A stretch of DNA of 63,063 nucleotides, counting the filler, from Bigelowiella natans CCMP2755 (Eukaryota; Protista; Cercozoa), in NCBI GenBank assembly GCA_000320545.1. It is 9 parts of 9 records of this genome, joined end to end, with 100 filler letters (N's around TTAATTAATTAA, not from the genome) between each part and the next. Parts side by side here need not be neighbours in the genome. Positions count along the whole stretch, not along the records: positions 32,112 to 41,952 come from ADNK01003460.1; positions 42,053 to 55,229 come from ADNK01001435.1; 7 more parts are not named here. One strand, written 5' to 3'. Made by a program: the position numbers and the translations under genes. Under the pieces are notes generated by a model that was not told the origin of the DNA, did not search any database, and saw only the letters and a program-made list of their open reading frames with translations. Positions 34,945 through 49,051 of the stretch are shown here, one piece after another (position 1 is the first letter of the stretch; every line of letters begins with the position of its first letter).

Positions 34945-36425
34945 TAACCGTACTTCAGTGTCCGCAAATGACAACCACGAAGACCTGCGACGGCGGCGGC
35001 GACAATGAGATGAGTAGAAGCACGAGGCTTTCGTGGATGTGACAGTCGAGGAGACTCGGTAGTGAGAGTCTCGAAGCCCATCATAGCATCTAAGACCATG
35101 CCCCTTGTTTCATTTGCAATCGCACAGTTTTGTTTCGGTGCGTGAATGGCACGCGAGTGAGCAACCACCTCAATCACCAAATGAGCGAATTCAGCGGGAC
35201 TCATTGCAAGATGCCTGTGTCGGATTTCTCTCACGCGTCATTCTAGCTAGCTAGCATTGCGCATCGTTAGCTCCGTGCAACACGTGCAATCTGCTGAGCA
35301 AAAAACGTTTTCCGCAGTGCATCCAGGGATGCACTTGGGATGCCAATTTCGCGCGCATCTTTGTCTTCATTGCTAGATTGGGCATGCAATTTTCGAGCAC
35401 GTCTAGACGTGGCCCAGCTAGCCAGGTCACGTCCAGACGTAGTGCCAGACGTGCATGCTGGCATGCTGGCATGCATGCTGGCATGCTAGCATGGCACGTG
35501 CACTTCATAGCAACGTCAAATCAGACAGTCGCACACGTGCGCACGCACACCTAGACACGTGCCCATTTTTGCGTTGTTTTTTCTTGCCAGCTTGCTAGCT
35601 TGCCAGCTTGGGCGTGCATCGATCGCACGTCTGGCTAGCTGGACATCTAGACATGCCAGCATGCTGTCATGTGACGACAACCACAGGCAACGAACGTTGT
35701 TCCACGTCGATCGCTAGAGATCGTGCCCGCTAGCCCGTGACAAGTGAAAAAAGGGAGCATGACGCTCGCATGCCCCCCCACTTTTTTTGAGTGTTCATTC
35801 TGAACGTTTTGTCATCCAAGGATTTCTTGTTGTCACCGACTAGCAGGCTAGCAGGGAGAATGACCAAGGAGAGAAGTTTGACGGTGAATTGGCGGGCACG
35901 GACACTTTCAACGTGAAGAGGCGCACCTCACGAAGCAGAGAGGCGGGTGAGTGCAAAACCCAGTTCAACAATCGTCTCACGCGGCTGGGGAGGGGGGTGA
36001 CTGGCAGGAGCCATCTCCGGATAATCTCCTGATATTCTTTCAGCGAATGACTCAGCGATTTCAGCTCCTGCTTCACTCAAGCGCTCGTCTTTCAGCACGA
36101 AAAATGGAAGGGATTTCTGGAAATTTAAGAAAGAATCATTGTCACAGAAATAAAAATAAAGGGATTCGCCATTAGCAAATTTGACTTCCTAGCGATAAAT
36201 TTCCGCCCGACACCCCCTCCCCCTGAGGAATGAGTACAAGTGTGTCTCCTGCGCACACCTGATGCCTTTTCATGAAGAGCATGTGACGTTTGACGCGTTT
36301 CATGAAATTGGATGTGAATGCCCCATGTCCGCTTCGCACTCGTGCAGCCTAAGTAACAGTATTTCCCGGTGCTTGTTTGAACATCAGGGAGGCACTAGGA
36401 GCATAGAAAGAAGAGAAGAAACACC

Positions 36426-36976
36426 ATGTCATCAGAGTCAGACTCAGACTCTACTGTAAGTAGTTTATTAACACAAATGACTTATGCGTATAGAAATTTC
36501 GCTGAGATGGTAGAACATAACCCCCCCCCTCCAGAAATTCGAAAAGGACTATGACAGCGACGCCTTCTCCTACTTCGCTCTTTCGCTTCTTGCCACCGTC
36601 CTGATTCCATGGTGTGATCCATTGAAGCCCTGTCCCTTAACGACCAAAATAACTCTACACATATTCAACGTCGATAAATACTCGAGCATCCCATTGCCGT
36701 GCTACGTCTTGAAATAGAGATTATCGAGAGCAGACGAGCTCGAGCGTGTGTTTCAATCAGTGCTGCATGCATAGAAGCGCCTCTTCATGCTATTTTTGAA
36801 TAAACAGGACGGCTTCCAAGCTATGGAATTTGTACACAAAGTCGAAAGACGGCCGAAATTACGAAAAGAACACGCAAGCCGCGCAGTCAAAAAACTCCTA
36901 CTTTTCAGAAGAAGTTGAGGAAGCGGAGAAGCGAAAGAGAGCTTGGAGTATCAAGGACTTGAGCGGTGTGTGTGTT

Positions 36977-37041
<65 letters not shown>

Positions 37042-37614
37042 ATCGATGATTGTTCCCCTCATTTACACGTAAGTAGAAGATGCATCGTTTGGTATGAGTT
37101 GTTATTCATATCGTCGTCCTTCCATCCAACCAACCAGTGTCAGAATGGGTCTTCTATGGGTTATGGTTTCTACTCCTTATAACGCTTTTAACCCTACCCA
37201 CAGCTCAGAAGGTAATGGCTGATTCAGGTTGGGGGGGGGGGAGGTCGTAGATGTAAGGATGAGGAAGAAGGCCATCACCGTATTCCTCAAAACACTAATC
37301 TGTAGCATATTTCTTGTGAAAGGCTGCGCGTAAATGCGTGCCTTACGACGTGCTGGGCTTGGAAGTGGGGGTGTCAGAAAGAACGATCTACCAGAAATGG
37401 AAGAAGCTGAGCCTGAAGTGAGAGGAAGAAGAGAGGAGATGAAAGAAAAAAAAACTTTTGTATTAGAGGCGGGGATGCGAGAAATCAAAGGAAAATAAAG
37501 AAGGGGGGGAGGCGTGGTGTTCAAAACTAAGGAGAAAAAGTGATACTACCCATGATGATATGAAAATTGATAGAATAGCATGCTCTGCCACTCACAAGCA
37601 TTAACTCCTTTGCT

Positions 37615-37655
<41 letters not shown>

Positions 37656-38667
37656 TACACACACACAAATACAACACGCCAGATAATGACACGTACATGT
37701 GCATGTATTTCCTGAGTATTAACATTGCTTTCCATCCGCGACTCTCCATTCCTATCCTCCCTCCCTCCCTCCCTCCCTCCCTCCCTCCTCCCCCTCTTTC
37801 CCCTCCCCCCCCAGATATCACCCCGACAAAAACCCCGGAAACGAGACGGCGGCAGAGCTATTTGTGAACATCACCAAGGTGCCATTCCGCTTCTAAAAGA
37901 CCATGAAAGAGCATATTCGTCGTGTGAGTACCACTTACACCTTGCTTTCACGCCAGGCCAAGGACACGCTAATGGATGAGACGATGCGTAGAAATTGCGA
38001 GGAATACGATAACCCGGACGGCCCCGTGCAGACCAAGTTTCAATGGGCCCTGCCAAGCTTCTTCCTCAAATTCCCCCTCTCCACTCTGATCGTGTATCTA
38101 CTGGGAATTGTAGTTGGACTTCCAATGCTAGTGTAAGATGAGAAATATGATAATACATATATGATGCATTTCATTTTGATGAATAAATGAACCTATGGTC
38201 ATTGTGCAAAACAAGCCAAAAGCTGAGACGAGTGTTGATCAGATGGCGGTGGTGGAAGCGTGCGAAGAAAATCGGGCCAAATGGGATCTTTCATCGGACA
38301 CTACAACTGTAAGTGATCTCATTGAGCAATACCTATTATTCTCTGTAACAATGGTGATGAAGAGCACAGGAGGGTGCATCATTTCTCTCACGCTGACGAC
38401 GAGATTCATCTTCTTCTTCTTCACTCCGATGAAGGCAGCATATTAGCCCTCCTCCTCCTCCTCCTCCTCCTTCTTGAGATGATAGATGAGAGTGTTGTTG
38501 TTGGGTGGCGCTTAGGTATCACCACATCATGGACGTCTCCTTCGTCAACTTCGATGTAATTACACACGTGACAGGGGGGGGGGGGAGGGGGGCGGAGCGT
38601 GCCTGAAATGAAACATCCAGAATGCCTTTTTTCAAAACAAAGTTTGAGCGCTGTGAATAATGTAAAC

Positions 38668-38717
<50 letters not shown>

Positions 38718-39776
38718 GACGACTGCATTCCCCTTACCCCCCCCCCCCCCCATCGTCGCACTGTCGTCGTTGTTTACATCCATCAATCATCGTGGTGTTA
38801 TTAGATTACGAGCTTTATAATTCTCTATGCAGCTTCAGCAGAGGTCATTGGCGGTAGTAGTAATAGCAGTAGTGGTAGTGATAGTAATGAATAATGACGA
38901 GGATGATGATGATGATGATGATGATGACAATGCAGATAATAGAGACAGTAGTAGAGATAATGAAGAAGAATGATGAAGATAGATGATGGTGATTCTGATG
39001 ATAATAACGTACTCACTTTTTCCTCATTATCTCTCCCCCCACTCCTCCACTCTCCCTCCACTTACACACCCAAATCCCCACCCCTTTGTTTATGTACCGA
39101 CTTGTTAGTTTGAAGAGGATTTGGTGAAGATCGCTCATAAGAAGTATGGAAGAGAATGGAGGGTATCATCATCATCATCATCATCACCACCACCACCACC
39201 ATCATTATCATCATTATCTCCATCGATGCTGTGCTTTCACGTAGAAGATAAGTGTGAAAAAGTACAAAGAATAACATCGATAAAAGCAAATGATATACCT
39301 TTTACCCCCCCCCCCCCCCCTCCTCCCCGCGCTCCAGACTCTTGTCATGGTTTTAAATCAAAAGTGCGGTAAGATCAAGATACCGGCGCCGCCTCCAGTT
39401 GATCGAAACGGTAATCCACTTTTTAGAGAACATTCCTGGCAAAAACAAACCCGAAGTTTCGCCATCAATCAATACGCTGCACCGACGATGAACGATGCGA
39501 ATGATGATGATGATGGTGATGATGATATGATTGTATTGATGATGATGTGGAAATGTGATAGGTAATCGGAGAGTACATGTGAGCGATTTATTCGCCAAGA
39601 ATTCCCTCGTCCAACTTGGGACGTTTCTGCTCCGGGCACACTTACATCGGTTTGTGTGTTGTGTTTGGCTATTGTTAGTCGTTAGTGGTAGCAGGCTAGC
39701 GGGGGGGGGAGGGGGGAGGGGAATGATGATGATGATGATGATAATGATACACTCAAATACACCAGCTTGCATATTA

Positions 39777-39816
<40 letters not shown>

Positions 39817-40011
39817 ATTGCCATGAATATGAGCTTTAGAACTAGTCTGATGGTTGTTCCTTCGTTTCATTGTCCAATTTGCTGCTGCCCTCTTCCCCCT
39901 CCTCCTCTTCCTCCCCCTCTTCCTCCTTGGTAGGCTGAAGCTTCCTAAAGCATTCCAGCCAGTCTTGAAGGTAATAAATGATGATAATGATAAGCCTGTT
40001 ATTGCTACTTC

Positions 40012-40049
<38 letters not shown>

Positions 40050-40377
40050 GTGTATTATGTTTATATGCATGTGTGAGTGTATCTTTTTGTTTCTCGATTT
40101 TTTTTCACTCATTATGAGGAAAAAACGCCTTTTTCTTTTGCTTTCCTCCTCCTCCTCCTCCTCCTCCTTCTCCTCCTTCTCCTCCTCGTCTTCTTTTCGT
40201 CTCGGCAATAATCATCATTATCATCATCATCATTATCATTATTATCGTTATTATTTATATGTATGTGATCGTCATTACGATTGTCATTTTGCCATTCCTA
40301 TTACTCAGAAAATGCTGCTAAAATCGGATAAGTTGATACCCCGCAATGCTGCAGCCTATTCTCAGGAATCCTTACAT

Positions 40378-40409
<32 letters not shown>

Positions 40410-41819
40410 GGTTAGTTGAGGGGAGGGAGGGGGATTGAGTTCTATACTCCTCCATCTCACACTCAATTGCAGTGTGGTGGCGGCGGTGACGATGATGATG
40501 GTGGTGATAGAGAAAGAGAGAGAGAGGGAGAGAGTAGCGCAAACCACGTAGGAGCGGCACACCGTATTTTCACTGTTAATTTTGTTTTTCGTCATCGTCG
40601 TCTTTCTATAGCCTCCGCTTGGGCAGATGTGTTTGAATGTCCTGAGGTTCCAGCAGATGTTGGTAGTAGCAGCAGCAGTTGTGATGAAAAGAGAGCTTTG
40701 CGTTTTGCCATACCAATCACGACGTTGTTGCGTGTTTTATCATCTCTTCCAGAATATATAGTTCTTTCTCCTTTTCTTTTTCTTTTTTTTCCCCTCCCAA
40801 TCCTCCTTGCGCATTGGAAGGCCTTTCCGTAAGCAGCCAAAAACTTGCATTGCCAGCACTCATTCGCTCTTCACTCGCGTCGTTTGCTGTCAATAGCGGT
40901 GTTGATGCTGAGGCTAATGTAGGTACAAGCGATGTGGGAGGATGACCCCATCATCAGGCAGCTTCCTTACGACTACGACAAGGACTTCAAGAAGCGCATG
41001 AGGAAAGTCACTTCTTGGAAAGTCTTCCGAAGTAAGAATTTCGTGCGGGATTTGACCGTTCGCACACAACAGCAGCAACACTGGCGAGCGCGAAGCTGTG
41101 AGAACACAACACAAAAAACGGCGCAGTCGCGCGTAAATTTTTTATTTACGATGGCAATAACCACTGGAACCGCTTCTTCTCTGGGAGGCCATCATCTTCT
41201 TTCTCTCTCCCCCCCCCCCCTCCCCCCTTCTGTCAGGCTACCCGGAGAAGAAAGTCAACACTATTTTTGAGGTTGCGATAGCAGTGATAATAGGGTATAA
41301 TATTACGAAAACGACGAAGGTGCTAGTGATGTTGGTGACGATGCGCAAAGTTATACCAATAATAGTTTCATCTGCGAAAGCAAAGAGCAATCCTGCTCTA
41401 TCATAAGGCTTGTTTTTTTCGAGAGAGAAAAGAGAGAAGGGATATGAGAGAAAGGCTAACAGCATTAATAATGTACGCGTTCTTTCCTTACATTTGATGT
41501 TCAGAAAATACCTGAGGATAAAGCAAAGTGAGACGTCTTCAAGCATCGCTCTCTTTCCTTTCTCATCCCCAATCCCCCCCCCCTTTGCCCCCATCTTCCT
41601 CAAGTCTCCTGCGTAGCCATCAATCAGACACACGATTTACAAGCTCTTCCTTCTCTTCAGTCTCCTCCTCCTCCTTATCCACTCATCATCATTATCTTTC
41701 TTAGACATTTTCGTTATTCCGCATCATCATCCTTGTTCTTCTTCTCCTCCTCCGCCCCCCCCCCCCCCCTCTTTTTTGTAGGGTTATGAAGGCGTACATT
41801 GCTAAAATAAAGGCCCAAG
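36426..41819 (+). CDS. SEC63: Translocon J-protein Sec63, multi-exon, 3'-truncated
   Basis: YDSDAFSYFALSLLATVLIP; J domain PYDVLGL...WKKLSLK|YHPDKNPG; EYDNPDGP...ALPSF followed by a TM segment; Brl-like MWEDDPIIRQLP. Confidence 0.9.
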
Positions 41820-41898
41820 GTGACCTGAGTTACCACATACCCGTAGACGGGGGATCAAATATAATTCCAGGGGTGGTTATCAGAAATGCAAATGTAAA

Positions 41899-41929
<31 letters not shown>

Positions 41930-42241
41930 CCATATATATTTATATGAGAGGGNNNNNNNNNNNNNNNNNNNNNNNNNNNNNNNNNNNNNNNNNNNNTTAA
42001 TTAATTAANNNNNNNNNNNNNNNNNNNNNNNNNNNNNNNNNNNNNNNNNNNNCAACTACCCCATGAAGTGACACACGCACACATTGCATCCTACAGATGA
42101 ATCATCAACACGTAAAGCCCTAAGAACACCTCGCCGCTGGCTTGCGCCGAAGCATGACCGAAATAAAAGAGCTGTAGATGATACGAATTACGATATTGAA
42201 TATAATGAAACTACACACCACACACACACACACACACACAC

Positions 42242-42285
<44 letters not shown>

Positions 42286-42371
42286 GTATATACTAAATGT
42301 GTGTGTATTTATTTATTTTTATTTGTACACTTATACATTTTAATCTATATCGTTATTCGTATCATCTACAG

Positions 42372-42745
42372 CTCTTTTATTTCGGTCATGCTTCGGCGCA
42401 ATCCAGCGGCGAGGCTGTTCTTTGGGCTTTACGTGTTGATGATTCATCTGTGGGTGCTATTTGTCCTGCTCCACTTCATGGGTAGTTGCAAGCAGCACAA
42501 GCACATGTTTTCACTGCATATCATTCTCGTACGCTATATAGCCCTGATAGCAGTCACACCGATCCATAACGCACGCTGCTGAATGATTGTTTCTTGATGC
42601 TGTGCATGTCATATTAGCCCACAGATTCTTATCAAAATAATTATCGATCGCAGGTCATGAAAATGCGGACCACGTTGAGGTCGGCCACAGCGTTTTGATG
42701 CCTCCGGGCGGCCCATCTGGAATAGTAACACCGCCAGGAGTCTAG
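42372..42745 (+). CDS. Golgin-84 (GOLGA5)-like C-terminal TM anchor, last two exons
   Basis: LRRNPAARLFFGLYVLMIHLWVLFVL matches the golgin-84 tail anchor pattern. Confidence 0.7.
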
Positions 42746-43811
42746 TTTATTCGATAAAAAGCAAACGCTTCTCTGCACACAGACGATCGGCGGCACACTG
42801 AACATAAATATGTGCTGATGCATACCAATGTGCGAGAATCAGAATAGTGCCACGAAGACGCCAAATTGCATCGTTATTCATGTAGTGTATTTGTTATTTG
42901 CGTGGCTACATAACTGGGATGAATTTTCTTACCTCAACCCCACATGCACACCGATTCGAGAGTGAGGATTCATGCGCGGTGTCGCAGCAGCGTTTCACAC
43001 GTTCTTCCATGGCATTTCATATGTGCATGGTAAATCTGCTTGCATAAGTACCATCAACTCATTAGTTATATTGCAGCAAGCAGCCCCTGCCAGATAAGGC
43101 TTGAATTTTCCAAGCCTTGACATCCTTCTCTAGTGCTATAATTGCTGTAGCTACCATAATCCACTCATACGTTCCTAGATAGAGTTATTGCTAGCTGAAC
43201 ACAGCGTTAGCTACTTTTTAGCTGTATGAGATGCGGCATTTAGCGTAATACGATACGTACACCTATGTAACTAGATTGAGTTTAAGCAACTCATCAGCAA
43301 GTGGCACTACGAAACAAGAACAAATCATATAGTATGTGGTGCTTACAACTTTGCCAACGCAATTTACATGCGTGTTCAGCAGGTCATCGCTGCAGCGTAA
43401 TGAGATGCAGATGCGTGCTGGGAGAATAATATGCTGATGATACCTTCACACGACACATTTTTATGTGTTGGCCATGCTAGCATGCAACATCGTAACATAG
43501 CTTCATTCCTAAAAATGATAATGCTTCACTGCTTCGCACTTGGATTAGAAAGGCTCAAATTACACAGAGCTTAGAGAGTAGTCCTGGCAGGACGTTCGAC
43601 GAACCGCCGCTACTTCCTTTGTTTGTGCGTCAGCCCATTTAGGTTAAAAGCAGGTCGCAATTGCCCTTCTATTCTTACGACTAGATTATAGTAATATCGT
43701 GGATGCTAGAGTCGATCGATCAAGCAAACATGGAATTCTAGTAACCTTCATCGGTCAAAGAACGTATGTGACTTATATTCGCAGCCGGAGTTCGGATGAG
43801 CTTCGCAACGC

Positions 43812-44006
43812 TTACTGTGAGGAACTGATTTCGGCAGATTTGATCTCTTCGTCTTTGATTCCTTTCACAGCGCGAGACTCCTCTCGTTTCCTGTACGTCC
43901 TGACGTTGTAAAGGATGCCACCGATGTTGAAAACAACGTAGCCAGAGAAGCCAGCAAGGAGGATCACCGACGATCGGTGTACCAGATCTGACATTCTTGA
44001 GAACAT
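43812..44006 (-). CDS. Small single-TM protein, COX14-like
   Basis: SDLVHRSSVILLAGFSGY followed by a TM segment and charged tail; 64 aa. Confidence 0.45.
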   Translation of the reverse strand: MFSRMSDLVHRSSVILLAGFSGYVVFNIGGILYNVRTYRKREESRAVKGIKDEEIKSAEISSSQ

Positions 44007-44519
44007 GATAATGATGTGATATCGCTATCTCTCTTTCCCTCCAAATCTAGCCCCGAGGATGTGTCTGTGTTCCCCGTCGGTGATTTGGGAGCAGTTTCTT
44101 CAATATGTCCCCCCCTCCTAGTTCAGCTTACAAACGACTGGTCGAGGTCTGAGGATTTCGGAAACGAGCCGCTTCCGTCATACGATTACGAAGTTTTAGG
44201 CCTAAAATATGTCCTTTCTATTTCCTTCCTATTTCCTTTCGTAGCCTTTCGTTGATCGCAGAAGAGTCAAATCCCTGCTCGGGAAACACCTTACAAATTT
44301 TGCCCAGCAGCAGTTCTCGCATGTTGGCTCATATTTATTAGAATGGCATGGGATTTTACTGTGCGACATGTCCATTTCGCTCTTGTTAAGTAATAAATGG
44401 CAATCGGCACATTCACAACGGAAAGCTCCTTCGGATCTACCTTCCACGCTTGCACACGTTGCAAGTGATGGCTCGCTTATGGCTCGGATGATTTATCTGC
44501 ACCAATAGGACTCCGAGAA

Positions 44520-45832
44520 ATGTATTCGCTCCGGCGTCTAGCAGCTATTGTCCTTCTTGTTTCAGGATGTGGGATGATGATGCTGTCGCATTTGACGTTC
44601 CCTCCTCCCTCGGCAAAGGGTTACGTCGCGAAGAACAGCGGGATGCCTTTTACTGGCCCTGAGGAAGTATCCATGCAAGCTACGGATGGTGTTAGGACCA
44701 ATAGTTCCAAAAGGATATCGAATTGTCAGACTTTTGGTATAATGCTTCCTAAATCCGGATCCAGGTACGTGATACAGGCCTGATAGGAAAAGTACGTGCG
44801 GGAACAAAGAGATTTAAAGGTAATTAATGACAGCCGTATGTACTGTTCGATACATAGTTCGTTGGCTAAAGTCGTTGAAGGAGTTCATGAGTGGGAGTAC
44901 GAGATGTTCTTCAAAGATCGAAATTTAACGCGAGTATTTCGAGATCGAAATGAAAGATTCATTAAGGTCAACATCTGAGAGCAAAGATACCTTTCTGCGT
45001 GCAATATGAACGTTACTGATAATATTCCACAGGCAAAAGGTTGCAGACCGGATGTGGACCCTGCTTATTCTAAAGTAGCGGATCAACTCTGCGATACCTT
45101 CCCCGATGGCATCTATTACAACATAAATCGCAATGTTTACTCCTGGATTAGTTCATTCATCGCCTATAGTGCGCAGTCAGAGCGTCATCAGTTTTCCACC
45201 ACTTTGATGGCTTTGAGTTACTTTGGTACTAATACAGAGATGATAACTTCGCAAGTATTCGTGGAGAGCCTAGGGAAGTTTTGGTGCGACTTTGAATCTC
45301 GAATCTTACCGAAGGTGGGGTATTTTTTGCAAGTTATGAAAGCAATATGAACTAAGTTTATTAAAATTGGACCTGCTGTGCAAATCAGGTTCGATCTCAA
45401 TGTAACCTTATTGAGGGAAATCTGGATGAAATACAATTAGCTCCCCATCCTTTAAACAAAATGGCGCAACGGGGACATGAAAAATTTGTGAACAAGGGCA
45501 GTTTTCGTACTGACCTGTTTGAAAGGCCAGAGTTGCTTGCAATAATAAACAGAACAATAGATAGCCAGTGTCCTTCTTTATCCAAAAATAGTTTAACTAT
45601 CCTAACGATCCCAGAAAACATTGATCTCAACCTCCCGCTCATACTCACAGAAAAAGTTGCAGAATCCACGAGATATTTGGCAGATATATTACTATCTTCC
45701 GGATTGATGAATGAAGATGTTACTGTTTCTGGAATGAATCTCACTGCCTCTCGTATAGCATTTCAGAAAATTCATCAAAAATTACAGGAATCGGCCTTGA
45801 AAAGAGGAAAAACGAACACAGATGGTGCATAG
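44520..45832 (+). CDS. Type II membrane sulfotransferase-like protein, multi-exon
   Basis: N-terminal TM; 5'-PSB-like GIMLPKSGS; 3'-PB-like NINRNVYSWISSF. Confidence 0.55.
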
Positions 45833-46978
45833 GCACACAATGCGTATGTTCCTGTCATTGGCATGCATGTCACAAATGTGTTCCTCAAACTCATCAAAGA
45901 ATTGTGTGTAGGACATCTAATCAGATTTTCATTCTCGTGCAATTAGATGGGATGTAAAGTTGATGAAATTTTCAGCTAGCCAGACCACGATGTGCTCTTC
46001 CTTGTGCTTGTTCGCTTGAAAATCACACCCAAAACCAAAGGATTTCATGCTGTGATTCGAATGACGTGTCATGATTTTTGCCTTGCTGTGGCTAATTTTG
46101 GCGGTGCTCAAATCAGCATCCAACTCTCCTTGTTTGCTTGGCAGCGATTGTGAGCTGGCGATTAGTGTTTTCTCGTCACCTCAATCAAGATGCCGACTGC
46201 CACACAGCGCGAATGCTCGAAGCGCGTGCATGGCTGCTTGCACAGGCACCACGTCGCTGAGAAGGCCAGTTCCCACCATGCACGCTCTTGAAAGCTCACA
46301 TGAATGTGCAAATGAATGCATTCAGCAACATTCGGGAGTTTGGAAAGAGAAAGAAGCGCCTCAACCGGGTTGGTTGTCGCAGGGGCGCATTGCAGTCTAT
46401 CCCCGATTTATCATAACAAACTGGCTTTTCCTTGGGGTTTCCATCCTGCGACTTGAGTAGATTCGATCGAAAGAAAAGAAGAACAGCAGCCTCCTCTCTA
46501 CTTCCTACGACAGAGAACAAGAAGAGAGGAGCTGCCATCGGCAAGCACCGAACGAGGCACAAGAAGGTAGGAAAACACCAGGGAAGGGCCAATCATCCAG
46601 ATAGGGGGTCATACTTGCACAGGGATTTGAGTGCCAAGTGCCTCTTTGCTGAATGAACCGCTAGTTTGGTGAGGTTCGGTCCTGGGGTCGAGCTCTCTCG
46701 AAATTTAGTCTAGTCGGAACAAGACGGCCGTGAAGTTTGCTTTCTGTTTCGCAGGAGAATAAAAAGAAGGTTGCGTACGGACGGGGAGGACAGAGGCGTG
46801 TGGCTTCAGGGAAGATCGTGAAAGATGCCACAATCAGCATCAGATCGAAAGTTCGGACTGATTTACACATTGTCGATTTTGAATATTGTCGCATAAAACG
46901 TGACGCAGCGCTATAATGTTTTACTTCAGCTTCAGCGTATTCAGTCAGAATATGAGAGCAGCAAGCTGTCATCAAAAT

Positions 46979-48955
46979 ATGACCCCTGTTGTGCCCGACC
47001 TACAATTCCCGTTCACTCACATAAAATGGAACCTTTGCCAGGTGGAAGGAAGGTCCCGCAGGTCCCACCGCTCTCACCGTGTACATCGGGTTGATGGTTG
47101 CGCTAGGCTATGGGGTTGCCCTTCCAGTATTGCCCGGCAATATGCGCAGGATGATTCTTGGCTCCATATTAGGGGTAGGAGCAAGCCAGGAGTGGTGTAT
47201 CAAGTAGTATCGGTAGCAACAGAGCGACTAATGGCGTATCATTGTCGTAGGTTTGTATGGGTCTCTCCTACGTCTTCTTGTGGCTAACACACCTCATAAA
47301 TCCTGGGATCATCAAGCCACGACCTACTCTGGACATGCAAGTCTATCTAGCGGAAGAAGGCGAATCGAAGGAAGGTAGTAACGTATCTACAAAGACAGTA
47401 GAAGAAGAGGCTTAGACGTAAGATGGAGAACAACATCAAGAGAGATGGTATCCGTTTGATCTTCATACACGCCACTACATGCTGCGGGTACGCGGTGGGT
47501 TATCATCCTTCCAAGGGATAAAATCCTCTCAAAACTACCAATCAGGGAAATCACTTCGGCAAGAAAGGAAAAGCGAGGAGGATATGGAGAAAGGAGGGGA
47601 GGTAGGCGGTGATCATGATAATTCCAGCGCAGCCCTGGTTAATGTGCAAACAGAAGGAGACGCGGCTACTCTGGCAGAAGGAGGGAACTCCACTTATGCT
47701 AGCAACCAAGAAGCTGAAGACGGTGGGGGGATAGAGATGGTAACGACGAAGATGAGACAGGACACTTCGGAATCATCTACTACTTCCAGCCCCCCCCTTG
47801 CAACACAATCTGGAGAGGGGGATAAGAATCCTGATGGAGCAGGAGAAGAAAAGCGCTTACTCGTAGCCGTAGAGGAAGAGCGCAAGAATGGCGGCAACGA
47901 TCCTCCCCCACCAAATAGCCCCGCCCAAGTTCCCCAAAAGGGGCGGCACACGCTTCTTCGGTCGAGTGAAGTCAAAAGGCGTGCGATATGGAAGGAAGGA
48001 GGGCAGTGGGTCCGCTATTTCATCGATAACGAGGGGTGCCGGGCAAAGCAACGGTGAGAGAGGAGGGAGGACAAGCAGGGAATTAGGGAAAGAGGGGGAA
48101 GGTCGAAAGGATAAACAATTAGTAACCATAAATCTTACTCCCCATGATCCATCAGGTATTGTAAAACCTGCAATGTATGGAAGGACCCGGACACGGCTCA
48201 TTGCTCGATGTGCGGCTACTGCATGAAACGACTAGACCACCATTGTCCGGCAATGGGCACGTGTGTCGCAGCCTTCAACCATCGATTCTTTGTCCTCTTC
48301 TTGCTCTCGTCCGGCCTAGGCTCCACCATCCTTCTCTGTTCCAGCATTATTGCTCGAATGAATACGCCTTTCCAAGACTGGAGGTGCGTGACAACCATTC
48401 TCACTCTCATCATTCGCATCAGCTATCACCACCATTATTTGTCGTGGGTTCAATTCACAGCTTTTGTGCCCCATTTCCTCTATTACTTCCTGACCACCAC
48501 CCCGCGCAATTAATCACCATCGTCGTTACGATTCCATTACAATCATATCATCATCATCGTCGTCGTCGTCGTCGCTGTGTGGTATTATGACCAGGTCCAT
48601 AGCTCTAATCGTGATGATGGTTTTCTACGGGTTCAATATGCTCTTCGTCGTGTTTGGCTTGACGCACTGCTACATGCTGTTGGTGGGCCAGACAACGCGC
48701 GGAAACATCAAGAACCCGGAGAAGATGGAGAATTGCGAGTGTTCAACCAGCCATTACAAGATGGTGTTCTGCGCTCCGATCAGATCCAAATTCGTATGGT
48801 CGTCCCTCAAAAGCTGTAGTGACAAGATGGGGGGTGGAGAACAACGAGCTGGGGGAGCAGCAGCAGGAGAGGACGACGTTGAGTCAGGTCTTACTAGCAA
48901 CAATGACGTGTTCATATGTTCCTCACCATTACATATTACGTATATGTGTCTGTGA
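46979..48955 (+). CDS. DHHC palmitoyl acyltransferase, multi-exon
   Basis: INPGII; YCKTCNVWKDPDTAHCSMCGYCMKRLDHHCPAMGTCVAAFNHRFFVLFL; GQTT. Ends are approximate. Confidence 0.9.
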
Positions 48956-48974
48956 TATAGTTTCTCTCTCTCTC

Positions 48975-49051
<77 letters not shown>

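Noticed and set aside
42053-42488. About 145-bp inverted copy of the golgin-84 exon (42053-42196 versus 42347-42488) that could form a hairpin RNA
   Set aside because: It sits at a contig start, pivots on an (AT)n/(CA)n tract and degrades outward, typical of a fold-back read artefact. Independent spanning reads would be needed to accept it.
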